From NCBI GenBank assembly GCA_965204715.1, contig OZ242009.1, positions 244,893 to 308,892 on the forward strand: a stretch of 64,000 nucleotides of DNA, read 5' to 3'. Positions 16,257 to 25,544 of this stretch are shown in pieces (within the stretch, counting starts at the first letter, position 1; each line of letters begins with the position of its first letter). The DNA comes from Dehalococcoidia bacterium. Its GTDB lineage: Bacteria > Chloroflexota > Dehalococcoidia > Lucifugimonadales > UBA3495. Under the pieces are notes generated by a model. It searched no databases and was not told the origin of the DNA. It worked only from the letters and a program-made list of their open reading frames with translations. Both the position numbers and the translations under genes were made by a program.

Positions 16257-17675
16257 CTAACCGCCCCCGCCTCCAACATTCACGCCCGGTTCGGTCATGG
16301 CCGCCGGGTCCAACAGTTCGTCCAGTTCCGAGTCGGACAGGCTGGTCTTCAGCTTGGCCACTTCCCGGATGGTCTTGCCTGTCGCCGCGGCCTCCTTGGC
16401 AATATCCGCTGCGGCATCGTAGCCGATGGCCGGCGACAGCCCCGTACCCAGCATCAACCCCTTCTCGACCATGTCCGGTCCCACACCGGTGGCCTCAATG
16501 CCCTTGACGCACTGCTCGGCGAAGTTGTTGGCCGACGAGGCCAGCAACGCTATGGACTCGAGGATATTGTGGGCCGCCACCGGCATCATGGTGTTCAGCT
16601 CGAAGTAGCTGCCGTGTCCCGCCATTGCTACCGTCGTGTGGTTGCCGAATACCTGGGCCACCACCTGGACCACCGACTCGGAGATAACCGGGTTGACCTT
16701 GCCGGGCATGATGGAACTGCCGGGCTGCACCTCCGGGACCGTGATTTCTCCGATTCCGGCCCTCGGCCCGCAGGCCAGAAACCGGACGTCGTTGGCGATC
16801 TTATGCAGACTGATAGCAATGGTCTTGAGAATGCCGCTGGCTTCCACCACCGCGTCGAGGGCCGCCTGAGCCTGGAAATGGTTGCTGGTCTCACGGATGT
16901 CCACGCCGGTCATCCCGGACAGCAGTTGGCAGGTGCGGGATGAGAACTCCGGGTGGGTGTTCACCCCGGTGCCGACCGCCGTACCGCCAAGGGCGACTTC
17001 CGCGAGCGCGTCCTGTGCCCTGCCCAGCCGCTTGATGCCGATCTCCGCCTGCCCCGCGAACCCCAGGAACTGCTGGCCCAACCGGATGGGCGTAGCGTCC
17101 TGCAAGTGGGTTCGCCCGGTCTTGATCACCGGCCAGAACTCATCGGACTTCTTGCGGAGTTCCCCGGCCAGGAACTGGAGGCCGGGAACCAGGTCTTCCC
17201 TGATGGCAATCAGGGATGCCAGGTGAATGCAGGTGGGGATAACGTCGTTGGACGATTGGCCCATGTTCACGTGATCATTGGGGTGGACCAGCCGGGAGCC
17301 CAGGTCACCGCCCATGATCTGGGAGGCGCGGTTGGCGATGACCTCGTTGGCGTTGGTATTGGTGGAAGTGCCGGAGCCGGTCTGGAAGATGTCCAGCACG
17401 AAATGCTCGTCCAACTTCCCGTCGGCCACCTCCTGGGCGGCGGTGACGATAGCGTCGGCTATGTTCTGGTCCAACAGGCCCAGGGAGGCATTGGTACGCG
17501 CCGCGGCCAGCTTCACCAGCCCCAGGGCGCGGATGAAGGTCCGGGAGAACCGCAGGTCGCTGATGGGAAAGTTGAGCACGGCCCTCATGGTGGAAGCGCC
17601 GTAGAGGGCATCCGCGGGCACTTCCATAGGCCCCATCGAGTCGCGTTCGACCCGGACGTTGGCATTGGTGGTCAT
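16257..17675 (-). CDS. fumC: class II fumarate hydratase / aspartase-family lyase (fumarase-like)
   Basis: Start at ATG 17675 (MTTNANVRVERDSMGPMEVPADALYG). Contains QTGSGTSTNTNANEVIANRA and the GSSIMPGKVNP signature. Confidence 0.8.
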   Translation of the reverse strand: MTTNANVRVERDSMGPMEVPADALYGASTMRAVLNFPISDLRFSRTFIRALGLVKLAAARTNASLGLLDQNIADAIVTAAQEVADGKLDEHFVLDIFQTGSGTSTNTNANEVIANRASQIMGGDLGSRLVHPNDHVNMGQSSNDVIPTCIHLASLIAIREDLVPGLQFLAGELRKKSDEFWPVIKTGRTHLQDATPIRLGQQFLGFAGQAEIGIKRLGRAQDALAEVALGGTAVGTGVNTHPEFSSRTCQLLSGMTGVDIRETSNHFQAQAALDAVVEASGILKTIAISLHKIANDVRFLACGPRAGIGEITVPEVQPGSSIMPGKVNPVISESVVQVVAQVFGNHTTVAMAGHGSYFELNTMMPVAAHNILESIALLASSANNFAEQCVKGIEATGVGPDMVEKGLMLGTGLSPAIGYDAAADIAKEAAATGKTIREVAKLKTSLSDSELDELLDPAAMTEPGVNVGGGGG

Positions 17676-17704
17676 ATTCCTGCTACCTCTCTTCCGAAGC
17701 TTGT

Positions 17705-18001
17705 CTAGTCTTCCATTCCGTATACTTCCCGGCATATCTGCCGGGCACCGCGGCGGCGTCCGGAACCGGTCAAGCTGAGGAACTGCTCCCTGGTCAGACC
17801 GGCGAGTTCAATAGCTCTGCCCAAAATTGCCGGATCCACATCGTGGCGCCGGTGGTCGGGAAAGATGAGGCTGACGCCTGGCATATTCGGATGCACCAAA
17901 CGAAGGTGCGAACCTCTCTGCGTATGTTCCTGCCAGCCCACCGACTCTAATCTGGCTACTGCGTCGGTGAAAGGGACACCCCTAATGAACGGGGGCATCA
18001 A
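17705..18001 (-). CDS. hicA: HicA-family toxin (mRNA interferase)
   Basis: ARLESVGWQEHTQRGSHLRLVHPNMPGVSLIFPDH has the HicA-type GSH motif and fold pattern. Overlaps the hicB 3' end by 20 nt. Confidence 0.65.
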   Translation of the reverse strand: MMPPFIRGVPFTDAVARLESVGWQEHTQRGSHLRLVHPNMPGVSLIFPDHRRHDVDPAILGRAIELAGLTREQFLSLTGSGRRRGARQICREVYGMED

Positions 18002-18308
18002 TAACTTTCCGGTCTATGCTAACCGTGGCTGTCTTGGCCGGAAAGCCGCCTTCCCGATATTCTGCCAGCCACTTCTCCTTACGACGTTCTGCATCATCCA
18101 CAGCGCCTTCCAGCCATAGACTGATGGCCTCTTGAATGTTCTCCAAGGCTTCAGCCTCACTATCGCCCTGTGAGAAGCAGCCGAGCAGCGCGGGACACAT
18201 TACCGCCCAACCCTCTCCAGACTCAACCAGTATCACCTCGTAGGTGATGCCAGTCTCCGTGATCCCCACCGCTGCGGCCTTGTTGATTGCAACTTCCTTG
18301 CCTTCCAT
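17982..18308 (-). CDS. hicB: HicB-family antitoxin
   Basis: ATG 18308 follows GGAGGA. YEVILVESGEGWAVMCPALLGCFSQGDSEAEALENIQEAISLWLE is a typical HicB/UPF0150 N-domain. Confidence 0.7.
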   Translation of the reverse strand: MEGKEVAINKAAAVGITETGITYEVILVESGEGWAVMCPALLGCFSQGDSEAEALENIQEAISLWLEGAVDDAERRKEKWLAEYREGGFPAKTATVSIDRKVIDAPVH

Positions 18309-18349
18309 CACTCCTCCAATGGGTCCATTGATCAGCCAGCTACCAACCG

Positions 18350-19900
18350 CTACTTCCCCTCCCTGATCCAGTCGGCCACGCGCTCGGCAATCATCAGTGT
18401 GGTGGCGTTGGTGTTGGCGCGGATGACGTCGGGCATCACCGAGGCGTCCACCACCCGCAAGGACTCCAGGCCGTGGACGTGGCAATACTGGTCAACCACG
18501 GCCATCGGGTCCGAAGCCTGGCCCATCTTGCAGGTGCCGGAGATGTGGTGCTGGGTGTAGGCGTTGCGCAGCATCCAGTTGTCCAGCGCATCGTCCGAGG
18601 CCAGGTCGGCGTCCGTCGGGTTCAAACGCTCGGCGATCATCTCCCGGAAGGGAGACTGCTCAGCCACCCGCAGGGCCAGCCGCAGCGCCTCGCGCATCCG
18701 CTGCCGGTCGTAGGGGTCGGAAAGGTAGTCGTAGTTGAAGTTGGGCTGCACGTGAGGGTCGGTGGACGCCAGGCGAAGCTCGCCCGCCGACACCGCGTTC
18801 TGCAGGGCGCAGCTAAGGCCGAAATGGAAGTCATCGCTCTCGATCCGCACGCTGGCCGGGCGGTGCTCGCTGCTCATCAGGATAGGACTTAGCTGGAAGT
18901 CGGCACGAGTTGGGGAGCCGGGGTTGCTGAACCTCAGACCCACCTGGATACTGGGCGCGGAGTCGTCGGGCGCCTGGCCGTTGCCGCGGAAGAGGATGAA
19001 AGCCGCCGGATGGTCTCTCAGGTTCTGGCCCACTCCCGGCATATCATGGACCACGTCGATGCCGAGGGAAGCCAATTGTTCCCTGGGGCCTACCCCCGAC
19101 AGCATCAGGACCTGTGGCGAGGCCACCGCCCCGCTGGAAAGGATGATCTGATCGCCGGTGACGGTGAACTTCTCGCCGCCGCTCTCGGCCTCGACGCCCA
19201 CAGCCCGCTTGCCATCGAAAAGGATGCGCCAGACGGTGACGCTGCCCCGGATTGTGATGTTGAGACGGTGCCGGGCCAGGGCCAGGTATGTAAGGGCTGC
19301 GCTCATGCGCACCCCGTCGATGTTGTTCAATGGCCGCGACGCGATGCCGTTGGAATCGGGATGGTTCTGGTCCGGGTCCTCGGGGAAACCCATCTCAACA
19401 CAGGCATCGTAGAATGCGCTGAAGGCTGGTAGCCAGTCCTCCCGCTTCTGCCTGCGCACCGGGATCGGCCCCTCGCTGCCGTGGAAGTCGCCGCCGGGGT
19501 AGTCCAGGTCGGTCTCCAACTTGCGAAAGTATGGCAGGACGTTGGTGAAAGACCACTCGGTGTTGCCCCACTCGGCCCAATTGTCATAGTCCTCGGGGAC
19601 GCCCCGGAACAGCACCTGCCCGTTGATGGCGCTGGAGCCGCCCATCGCCCGGCCCCGGGGAATTATGATGGGTTCGGACTGCAACGGGGTCCCGGTGGCC
19701 CGGTAGTCCCAGCTATGAGGGCCGTAGGCCGACCTCCATATGTTATAGCCCTCCTTCAGGTCGATGGGCAGATGCTCGAATTCAGGATAGTCGGGGCCGG
19801 CCTCCAGCAACAGCACCGACTTGCCGGGGTCCTCCGACAGCCGCGTGGCAAGGACACAGCCGGCGGAGCCGCCCCCAATGATTATGTAATCGTAATTCAT
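18350..19900 (-). CDS. GMC-family FAD oxidoreductase (choline dehydrogenase-like)
   Basis: Start at ATG 19900 (MNYDYIIIGGGSAGCVLATRLSEDPGKSVLLLEAGPD). Carries GMC signatures through to the C-terminus. Confidence 0.85.
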   Translation of the reverse strand: MNYDYIIIGGGSAGCVLATRLSEDPGKSVLLLEAGPDYPEFEHLPIDLKEGYNIWRSAYGPHSWDYRATGTPLQSEPIIIPRGRAMGGSSAINGQVLFRGVPEDYDNWAEWGNTEWSFTNVLPYFRKLETDLDYPGGDFHGSEGPIPVRRQKREDWLPAFSAFYDACVEMGFPEDPDQNHPDSNGIASRPLNNIDGVRMSAALTYLALARHRLNITIRGSVTVWRILFDGKRAVGVEAESGGEKFTVTGDQIILSSGAVASPQVLMLSGVGPREQLASLGIDVVHDMPGVGQNLRDHPAAFILFRGNGQAPDDSAPSIQVGLRFSNPGSPTRADFQLSPILMSSEHRPASVRIESDDFHFGLSCALQNAVSAGELRLASTDPHVQPNFNYDYLSDPYDRQRMREALRLALRVAEQSPFREMIAERLNPTDADLASDDALDNWMLRNAYTQHHISGTCKMGQASDPMAVVDQYCHVHGLESLRVVDASVMPDVIRANTNATTLMIAERVADWIREGK

Positions 19901-19931
19901 CGTGCTTGCCTTCCCGTCAATTGGACTGGGG

Positions 19932-21131
19932 CTACCAGATGGAGCGCAGGAGCGCCTCCAATTCACCCGGACCGCTCACCGGGCGGACGTTTCTCGTGAT
20001 GGCAAAGTCGGTCATGGAATCAACCGCAAGCTCTTCGATGCCCTCCTGGGGGACGCCGGCCTCTCGCAGGCGCGACGGCATACCCAGCGCGGCATAGGTC
20101 TCCTCGACCCAACGGGCCGCGCTCCCGGCGGACTCCCGGTCATCGCCGTTGGTTGCCACTCCAAGTATGGAGGCCAACCTGGCCTGTCCCGATGCGTTGG
20201 ATTCCGCGTTGAAGCGCATACCGGGAGCAGTCAGGATTGAGTACGCTGCCCCGTGGCTGCATTCGGGATACCGGGTGTCCAGGGAGTGTGCCAACGCACC
20301 CACCACACCCAGGCCCCGCCCCCCAGGGCCGCTGTCGGAGGCGCGGTTGCTCAGGTAGGCCGCGGCGCACAGGTTTAGGCGCGCCTGCCCATCCGGTCTA
20401 CCCAACGCGACGCGGGGCAGGTACTCACGCATCAGGCGCAGGGACTGGAGCAGGTCGCCTTCGGCCAGAGGGTTGGGGGGACGCTCCGACTGGAGCGCGC
20501 CGACAACCCCGCTAAGGCACGACGCGCCCGCGCTGAGGCACAGGGAAGGCGACGCGGTTAGCAGGGCATCGGTATCCCAAAACAGGGCCGAGGGCCGGGT
20601 CTTGGGGTCGAACATCTCCAGGCGGTGACCTGTCTCAGGGTCGATCACTGCGGTCCCGGCGCGGGTGGCGGCGGTAGTAGGCGTGGTCAGGACCACGATG
20701 TTGGGAATTTTGAGCTGCATCAACCGTGGACTGACCAGAGGCCGGCCGGGAGGGTATTTGGTGGCGTGGTCCCGGGCATGGCCTCCCTCTGCCAGCAGGA
20801 TTACTATCGCCCTGGCGGTCACGACGGCGCTGCCGCCGCCAAGGGCTATGATGGTGTCTGCTCCAGCATCGGATGCTGCGGCGACGCCAAGCTCGACCGA
20901 AGGCAGGGGCGAGCCGGCCTGAACGCCGTCGAACACTCCGGCGAACCTGTCTCCCAAGGCATCCTTCACCCGTTCGGGCAAGTCGGTACGGTGCGCGACG
21001 GTCTGACCGCAGACGACGAAGGCACGCTTGCCACGGGCGCGGCCCACCTCTTCACCAAGGCGTGAGAGTACACCCGTCCCGCCGTGGATGCGGATGGGGT
21101 AGCCAACGGACCGGAACTGCTCAGTGGCCAC
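19932..21131 (-). CDS. iron-containing (group III) alcohol dehydrogenase-family protein
   Basis: Fe-ADH-like layout: ...KRAFVVCGQTV...ADTIIALGGGSAVVTARA... Confidence 0.6.
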   Translation of the reverse strand: MATEQFRSVGYPIRIHGGTGVLSRLGEEVGRARGKRAFVVCGQTVAHRTDLPERVKDALGDRFAGVFDGVQAGSPLPSVELGVAAASDAGADTIIALGGGSAVVTARAIVILLAEGGHARDHATKYPPGRPLVSPRLMQLKIPNIVVLTTPTTAATRAGTAVIDPETGHRLEMFDPKTRPSALFWDTDALLTASPSLCLSAGASCLSGVVGALQSERPPNPLAEGDLLQSLRLMREYLPRVALGRPDGQARLNLCAAAYLSNRASDSGPGGRGLGVVGALAHSLDTRYPECSHGAAYSILTAPGMRFNAESNASGQARLASILGVATNGDDRESAGSAARWVEETYAALGMPSRLREAGVPQEGIEELAVDSMTDFAITRNVRPVSGPGELEALLRSIW

Positions 21132-21279
21132 TTATGTCTCCGATTCCAGGAATCTAGCCGTCTGGCAAGACCGCCATCCTATGTTGCCATCGGCCAACGC
21201 ATTTCGCAACCTGAGCGTCCGGGATGGCAGGGCCTTGGCAAAGTCCTTTCCTGCAACGAATTCCTGCCTCCAGGTAGCC

Positions 21280-21299
21280 ATTCCCGCTTTCGCGGGAAT
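21280..21299. repeat. 20-nt palindromic element ATTCCCGC-TTTC-GCGGGAAT (copy 1, intergenic)
   Basis: Perfect 8-bp stem with a 4-nt loop, lying between divergent genes. Related copies are at 26808, 31195, 41816 and 45931. Confidence 0.8.
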
Positions 21300-21383
21300 C
21301 CATTGCGTCTGGATATAAGAAGCGTGACCTTGCCAATGTCCTGGTCAACCAAGTCCCCTGTACGGCGTAGAAAGGGAATCCGG

Positions 21384-21392
21384 TGGTAAAAT
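21384..21392 (+). promoter_or_regulatory. extended -10 promoter candidate (TGgTAAAAT) for the TPP enzyme gene
   Basis: TGGTAAAAT lies about 40 nt upstream of ATG 21432. The -35 element is weak. Confidence 0.35.
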
Positions 21393-21431
21393 ACCCCGGA
21401 ATCCTAAGAGCAACATGCCGGGAGGTGAAGA

Positions 21432-23072
21432 ATGCCCGAGATGAGCGGAGCGCAGGCGCTGGTGCGTTCCCTGGCCCGGCACGGCGTCGAGGTAGTGTTC
21501 GGGCTTCCCGGCGTGCAGATCATGGACGCCTTCGACGCCCTGTACGACGAACCCGGAATCCGCATGGTACTGACCCGCCACGAGCAGGCGACGACCTACA
21601 TGGCTGACGGCTACGCCCGGACCACCGGCAAGCCCGGCGTGGCGCTGGTGGTGCCGGGGCCGGGTGCGCTGAACGCCACGGCGGGGCTGGGCACTGCCTA
21701 CGCCGCATCCTCCCCGGTGCTGCTGGTGTCGGGGCAAATCGAAAGCTACAACCTGGGCCGGAACCGGGGCGCGCTCCACGAAATCGGCGAACAGTTGGAC
21801 GTCTTCAAGCACCTGACCAAGTGGCGCCAACGTGCAGAGACCGTTCCGGACATTCCCGGCCTGGTACAGAACGCTTTCCGCCAGATGTCCTCGGGCCGGC
21901 CAAGGCCCGTGGAGATAGAGATTCCCTGGGACGTTCTCCCCATGACGGATGAAACAGACCTCCCGGAACCCGAAGGCCCCGGCAAGCAGCCGCCCGAACC
22001 CGCGCTGGTCAGGGAGGCGGCCCAGTTGCTGGCAGGGGCCAGCCGCCCCCTGATCTGGGCCGGCGGCGGCACAAGAGAGGCGGACGTTTCCGCAGAGCTT
22101 CTGGAGCTTGCCGAGTCCCTGAATGCCCCGGTGATAACAACGCCGGAGGGCAAGGGCGCAATCCCGGAAGACAATCCGTTGTCGCTGGGCAGCTTCTACT
22201 ACGCCCACGGTCCAGGCCACATGGCCCTGCCCCAGGCGGACGTGGTCCTGGCCATCGGGAGCCGGATGCTGTTCACCCCCAGCGTTCCCTGGGGTATCCA
22301 GCCCCACCAGAAGGTTGTCCAAATCGACGCCGACACCGAGGAACTGGGCCGTAACGTCCCTGCCGCGGTGGGAATCTCCGCCGACGCCCGGCTGGGGGTG
22401 CAGGCACTGCTGGCGGAACTGGGCGGCAAGACACACGCCAGCCAGTGGACCGAGGCGGAGACCACGGCCATCCGCCGGCAGGCAGACCGGGAAATCCGGG
22501 AGATGGCGCCCTTGCAGGTGGAGATCATCGAGACCATCCGCCGTGAACTGGACGACGACGCGATCATGGTGGCCGGGACCACCGACATCGGTTACTGGAG
22601 TCACCTGGCATACCCGGTTCTGGCCCCCCGTTCCTACCTCACGTCGTCCTACTTCGCCACCCTGGGGTACGCCTTCCCCACGGCCCTGGGAGCCAAGGTC
22701 GGCAACCCCGGCAGGCAGGTGGTGGCCACGACGGGGGACGGCGGGTTCGGGTACGCCTCCAGCGAACTGGCCACAGCCGTTCAAGAAGGGATCAACGTGG
22801 TAACCCTGGTGTTCAACAACGAGATGCTGGGAGCGTCGCACCACGACCAGCAGCAGCGTTTCGGCGGGCGGGTAATCGGCACCCGCCTCCACAACCCCGA
22901 CTTCGCCCAACTGGCCGAGGTATACGGGGCCGCGGGAGTCAGGCTGGACAGCCACGAGGGTCTGGGAGACGCGCTTCGCGACGCCCTGAGAGCAGACCGC
23001 CCGGTTGTGATCGAGGTGCCCATCCCCAACCTGGCCCCGCCGTTCCAGGTGGCCCCCCACGGGGCTGGATAG
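21432..23072 (+). CDS. thiamine-pyrophosphate-dependent enzyme (acetolactate synthase / benzoylformate decarboxylase-like family)
   Basis: MPEMSGAQALVRSLARHGVEVVFGLPGVQIMDAFDAL...HEQATTYMADGYARTTGK...TGDGGFGY. Confidence 0.8.
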   Translation: MPEMSGAQALVRSLARHGVEVVFGLPGVQIMDAFDALYDEPGIRMVLTRHEQATTYMADGYARTTGKPGVALVVPGPGALNATAGLGTAYAASSPVLLVSGQIESYNLGRNRGALHEIGEQLDVFKHLTKWRQRAETVPDIPGLVQNAFRQMSSGRPRPVEIEIPWDVLPMTDETDLPEPEGPGKQPPEPALVREAAQLLAGASRPLIWAGGGTREADVSAELLELAESLNAPVITTPEGKGAIPEDNPLSLGSFYYAHGPGHMALPQADVVLAIGSRMLFTPSVPWGIQPHQKVVQIDADTEELGRNVPAAVGISADARLGVQALLAELGGKTHASQWTEAETTAIRRQADREIREMAPLQVEIIETIRRELDDDAIMVAGTTDIGYWSHLAYPVLAPRSYLTSSYFATLGYAFPTALGAKVGNPGRQVVATTGDGGFGYASSELATAVQEGINVVTLVFNNEMLGASHHDQQQRFGGRVIGTRLHNPDFAQLAEVYGAAGVRLDSHEGLGDALRDALRADRPVVIEVPIPNLAPPFQVAPHGAG

Positions 23073-23225
23073 CGTCAGGGGGTATAAGTTGTGACGCATA
23101 GGGGCCTTCCGGCTGACAGGATAGCTACAGAGCGCAGCGTATATTCCTCGCTCGTCCTGCCCTGGCCAACTCCCGGAAAAAGGGGGCCTCTTGATGCGGG
23201 CTTTAAGATAAAGGGAGTGTCACAC

Positions 23226-23567
23226 ATGGGACTGGTGAAAATCACCGGAGAAATCGGCCGGACCCAGGAGGAACTGACCGAGGTGGAGTTCCTGGTGGAT
23301 ACCGGCTCCCTTTTTTCCATGATCAGCCCCGCCCTGGCTGCGGAATTGGGCATCGACCTTCCGGTAACGGCCAACATAGTGACGGCTGACAGCACTCGGT
23401 TGGAAGTCCCCGTGGGAGTAGCCTGGTTGCGTCTGAAAGACCGGGAAGGGGGAATAATGGTGGGAGCAATGGAAGTCCCAATACCCCTGCTGGGAGCCAC
23501 CGGCTTGCAGATTCTGGGCCTGAAGGTCAATCCGGTGGAAGAAACCATAGAGCACGCCTGGCCGTGA
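23226..23567 (+). CDS. retropepsin-like (clan AA) aspartic protease, paralog 1
   Basis: ATG 23226. Contains FLVDTGSLFSMIS (DTGS active-site motif) and a C-terminal LLGATGLQILGLKV. Confidence 0.65.
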   Translation: MGLVKITGEIGRTQEELTEVEFLVDTGSLFSMISPALAAELGIDLPVTANIVTADSTRLEVPVGVAWLRLKDREGGIMVGAMEVPIPLLGATGLQILGLKVNPVEETIEHAWP

Positions 23568-23674
23568 CCGGCTGTCCCGAAGCTGCGACCGCCCAAACGT
23601 CCTGTATGGCGCCTGCGCCAACGCTGAAATCGGGACCCCAAGATCGGGACCCCAAGATTGGAGAGATCAAGAAC

Positions 23675-24061
23675 TTGGCTATTGATACCCGGAGAATCCG
23701 CCGTTACCGCGACCAGAGCCTGCGACTGCTGGGCGATTCCCTGGAGCACGTCCGTTCCGGGCGCTGGAACCGGGCCGAAGACCTGCTCTGGGGCAGCCTG
23801 ACCCAGGCTGTCAAGGGGGTGGCCCTCTCCCGCGGGGTCGAGCTTGACGGAGATGAGGCGGTGCGGGCCTATGCCGCGGAACTGGGAGAGGAGACCCGGG
23901 ACCGGAGAATCCGGGAAGGGTTCAACCGCCTGCGGACTTTCGGGGAAGTGGTCCAGGGAATCCGGGACTCCCGCACCAGGGTTGACCGGCTGTTCCCTAT
24001 CGTGGAGGACATCACCAATGCCGTCGAGAGGTTATGGGAGTTGGCCCCTGTTGACTGTTAG
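23675..24061 (+). CDS. PaREP1-like helical protein (hypothetical)
   Basis: RAEDLLWGSLTQAVKGVALSRGVELDGDEAVRAYAAEL...FNRLRTFGEV resembles PaREP1-family proteins. The start is uncertain: TTG 23675 after GGAGAG, or alternatively ATG 23606 or GTG 23564. Confidence 0.45.
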   Translation: MAIDTRRIRRYRDQSLRLLGDSLEHVRSGRWNRAEDLLWGSLTQAVKGVALSRGVELDGDEAVRAYAAELGEETRDRRIREGFNRLRTFGEVVQGIRDSRTRVDRLFPIVEDITNAVERLWELAPVDC

Positions 24062-24107
24062 CAACCCGCTGCCGTTGAACAGCCTCAGTGAAGTTGCTGC
24101 GCCAACG

Positions 24108-25424
24108 GTGGCGATACAGACCCACGGCTGCAAGCTGAACCAGGCCGACAGCGACCAGCTCGCCCGGAGGTTCGTCGAGTCCGGCTACCGGGTGGTGGAC
24201 GCGGGCGAACCAGCCGACGTCTTCGTGCTCAACACCTGCACGGTTACACTCACCGCCGACTCCAAGGCCCGGCAGGCGCTCCGCAAGGCACATCGCGCCA
24301 ACCCCGGCGCGCTCATCGTGGCCACCGGCTGCTATGCCCAGCGCAGCAGAGACGAGTTGGCTCAGGTCGACGGCGTATCGTTAGTAGTGGGCAACACCGG
24401 CAAGGAAAGGCTGCCGGACATGGTGTCTGAAGCCCTTGGCCGCAACAGGCACGGCGAGACCAGCGCCGCGCCTGTACAGCCCGTTCCCGCCAATTCGGAG
24501 CATCCCGCTCCAGCGGCTGCATCACCACTGTGGCCAGGGTTATCTAGGAACCGCGCGATGGTCAAGATTCAGGAGGGCTGCAACCAGGTCTGCGCCTACT
24601 GCATCGTGCCCAAGGTCCGGGGACGGGAACGGAGCATCCCGCCGGAAACATTGGTGGACCAGATTAACGACAGGGCCGGTCGCGGCTACCGTGAAGTGGT
24701 GCTCACCGGCACGCAACTGGGAACCTACGGATACGACCTGCCGGGCATGAATCTCTCCGCGCTGATCGAGAGACTATTGGCGGATACTACCGTCCCCCGG
24801 ATAAGGGTATCATCGCTCCAGGCCCATGAGATCAACCCGCGACTTCTCGACTTGTGGCAGCACGGCCGCCTCTGTCCCCACTTCCATGTGCCGCTCCAGA
24901 GCGGGAGCGGTCCGGTGCTGCGTGCCATGAGGCGCCGTTACACGACCGGGCAGTTCGCCGCGACGCTGGAGTTGATAAGGAGCCGGATGCCCGACGCCGG
25001 CATAACCACCGACGTGATCGTGGGGTTCCCCGGAGAGGGCGACGCCGAGTTCCGGGAAAGCCTCGACTTCGCCCGGCAGATGGCCTTCAGCGACATGCAC
25101 GTCTTCCCTTTTTCGCCCCGGCCCGGAACCAGCGCGGCCTACCTTGAGGACACCACACCTGCCCGGGTCAAGAAGGAACGCACCGCCGAGATGCTGGAGC
25201 TTTCCGTCCTGGGGGCGGCGAAGTTCCGCCACAGCCAGTTGGGGAGTATCCGCCCCGTACTGTGGGAGTCGTCAAGCCGCGATGGCTCAGGGACGGTATG
25301 GCAGGGTTTGACGGACAACTACATCCGGGTCAGGACCTCAAGCGGGAGAGACCTGCGGGACAGCATTACGCTGGCCAGGCTGATAGCGCCGGACGGCGAA
25401 ACGGTCTCAGTAGAAGTCCGGTAG
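24108..25424 (+). CDS. mtaB: MiaB/MtaB-family radical-SAM tRNA methylthiotransferase
   Basis: VAIQTHGCKLNQADSDQLARRF at the N-terminus. Radical-SAM motif CNQVCAYCIVP. The start is uncertain (GTG 24108 or TTG 24075). Confidence 0.75.
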   Translation: MAIQTHGCKLNQADSDQLARRFVESGYRVVDAGEPADVFVLNTCTVTLTADSKARQALRKAHRANPGALIVATGCYAQRSRDELAQVDGVSLVVGNTGKERLPDMVSEALGRNRHGETSAAPVQPVPANSEHPAPAAASPLWPGLSRNRAMVKIQEGCNQVCAYCIVPKVRGRERSIPPETLVDQINDRAGRGYREVVLTGTQLGTYGYDLPGMNLSALIERLLADTTVPRIRVSSLQAHEINPRLLDLWQHGRLCPHFHVPLQSGSGPVLRAMRRRYTTGQFAATLELIRSRMPDAGITTDVIVGFPGEGDAEFRESLDFARQMAFSDMHVFPFSPRPGTSAAYLEDTTPARVKKERTAEMLELSVLGAAKFRHSQLGSIRPVLWESSSRDGSGTVWQGLTDNYIRVRTSSGRDLRDSITLARLIAPDGETVSVEVR

Positions 25425-25544
25425 CCGACGAACAGCGGGAAGACCGCGGGGGACGCAACAATAGCGGCGGCCCCGCAACCCTCATCCGGGGTTTGAGGGG
25501 CCGCCTGCATTGTCCTTAGCCGTGCGGTCTTTGTCGCCGGAGAG

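Noticed and set aside
21132-21431. Possible TPP riboswitch upstream of the TPP-dependent enzyme gene.
   Set aside because: The THI-box core (CUGAGA ... ACCUGAUCUGGAUAAUGCCAGCG-like) is absent. The region instead contains the 20-nt palindromic element.
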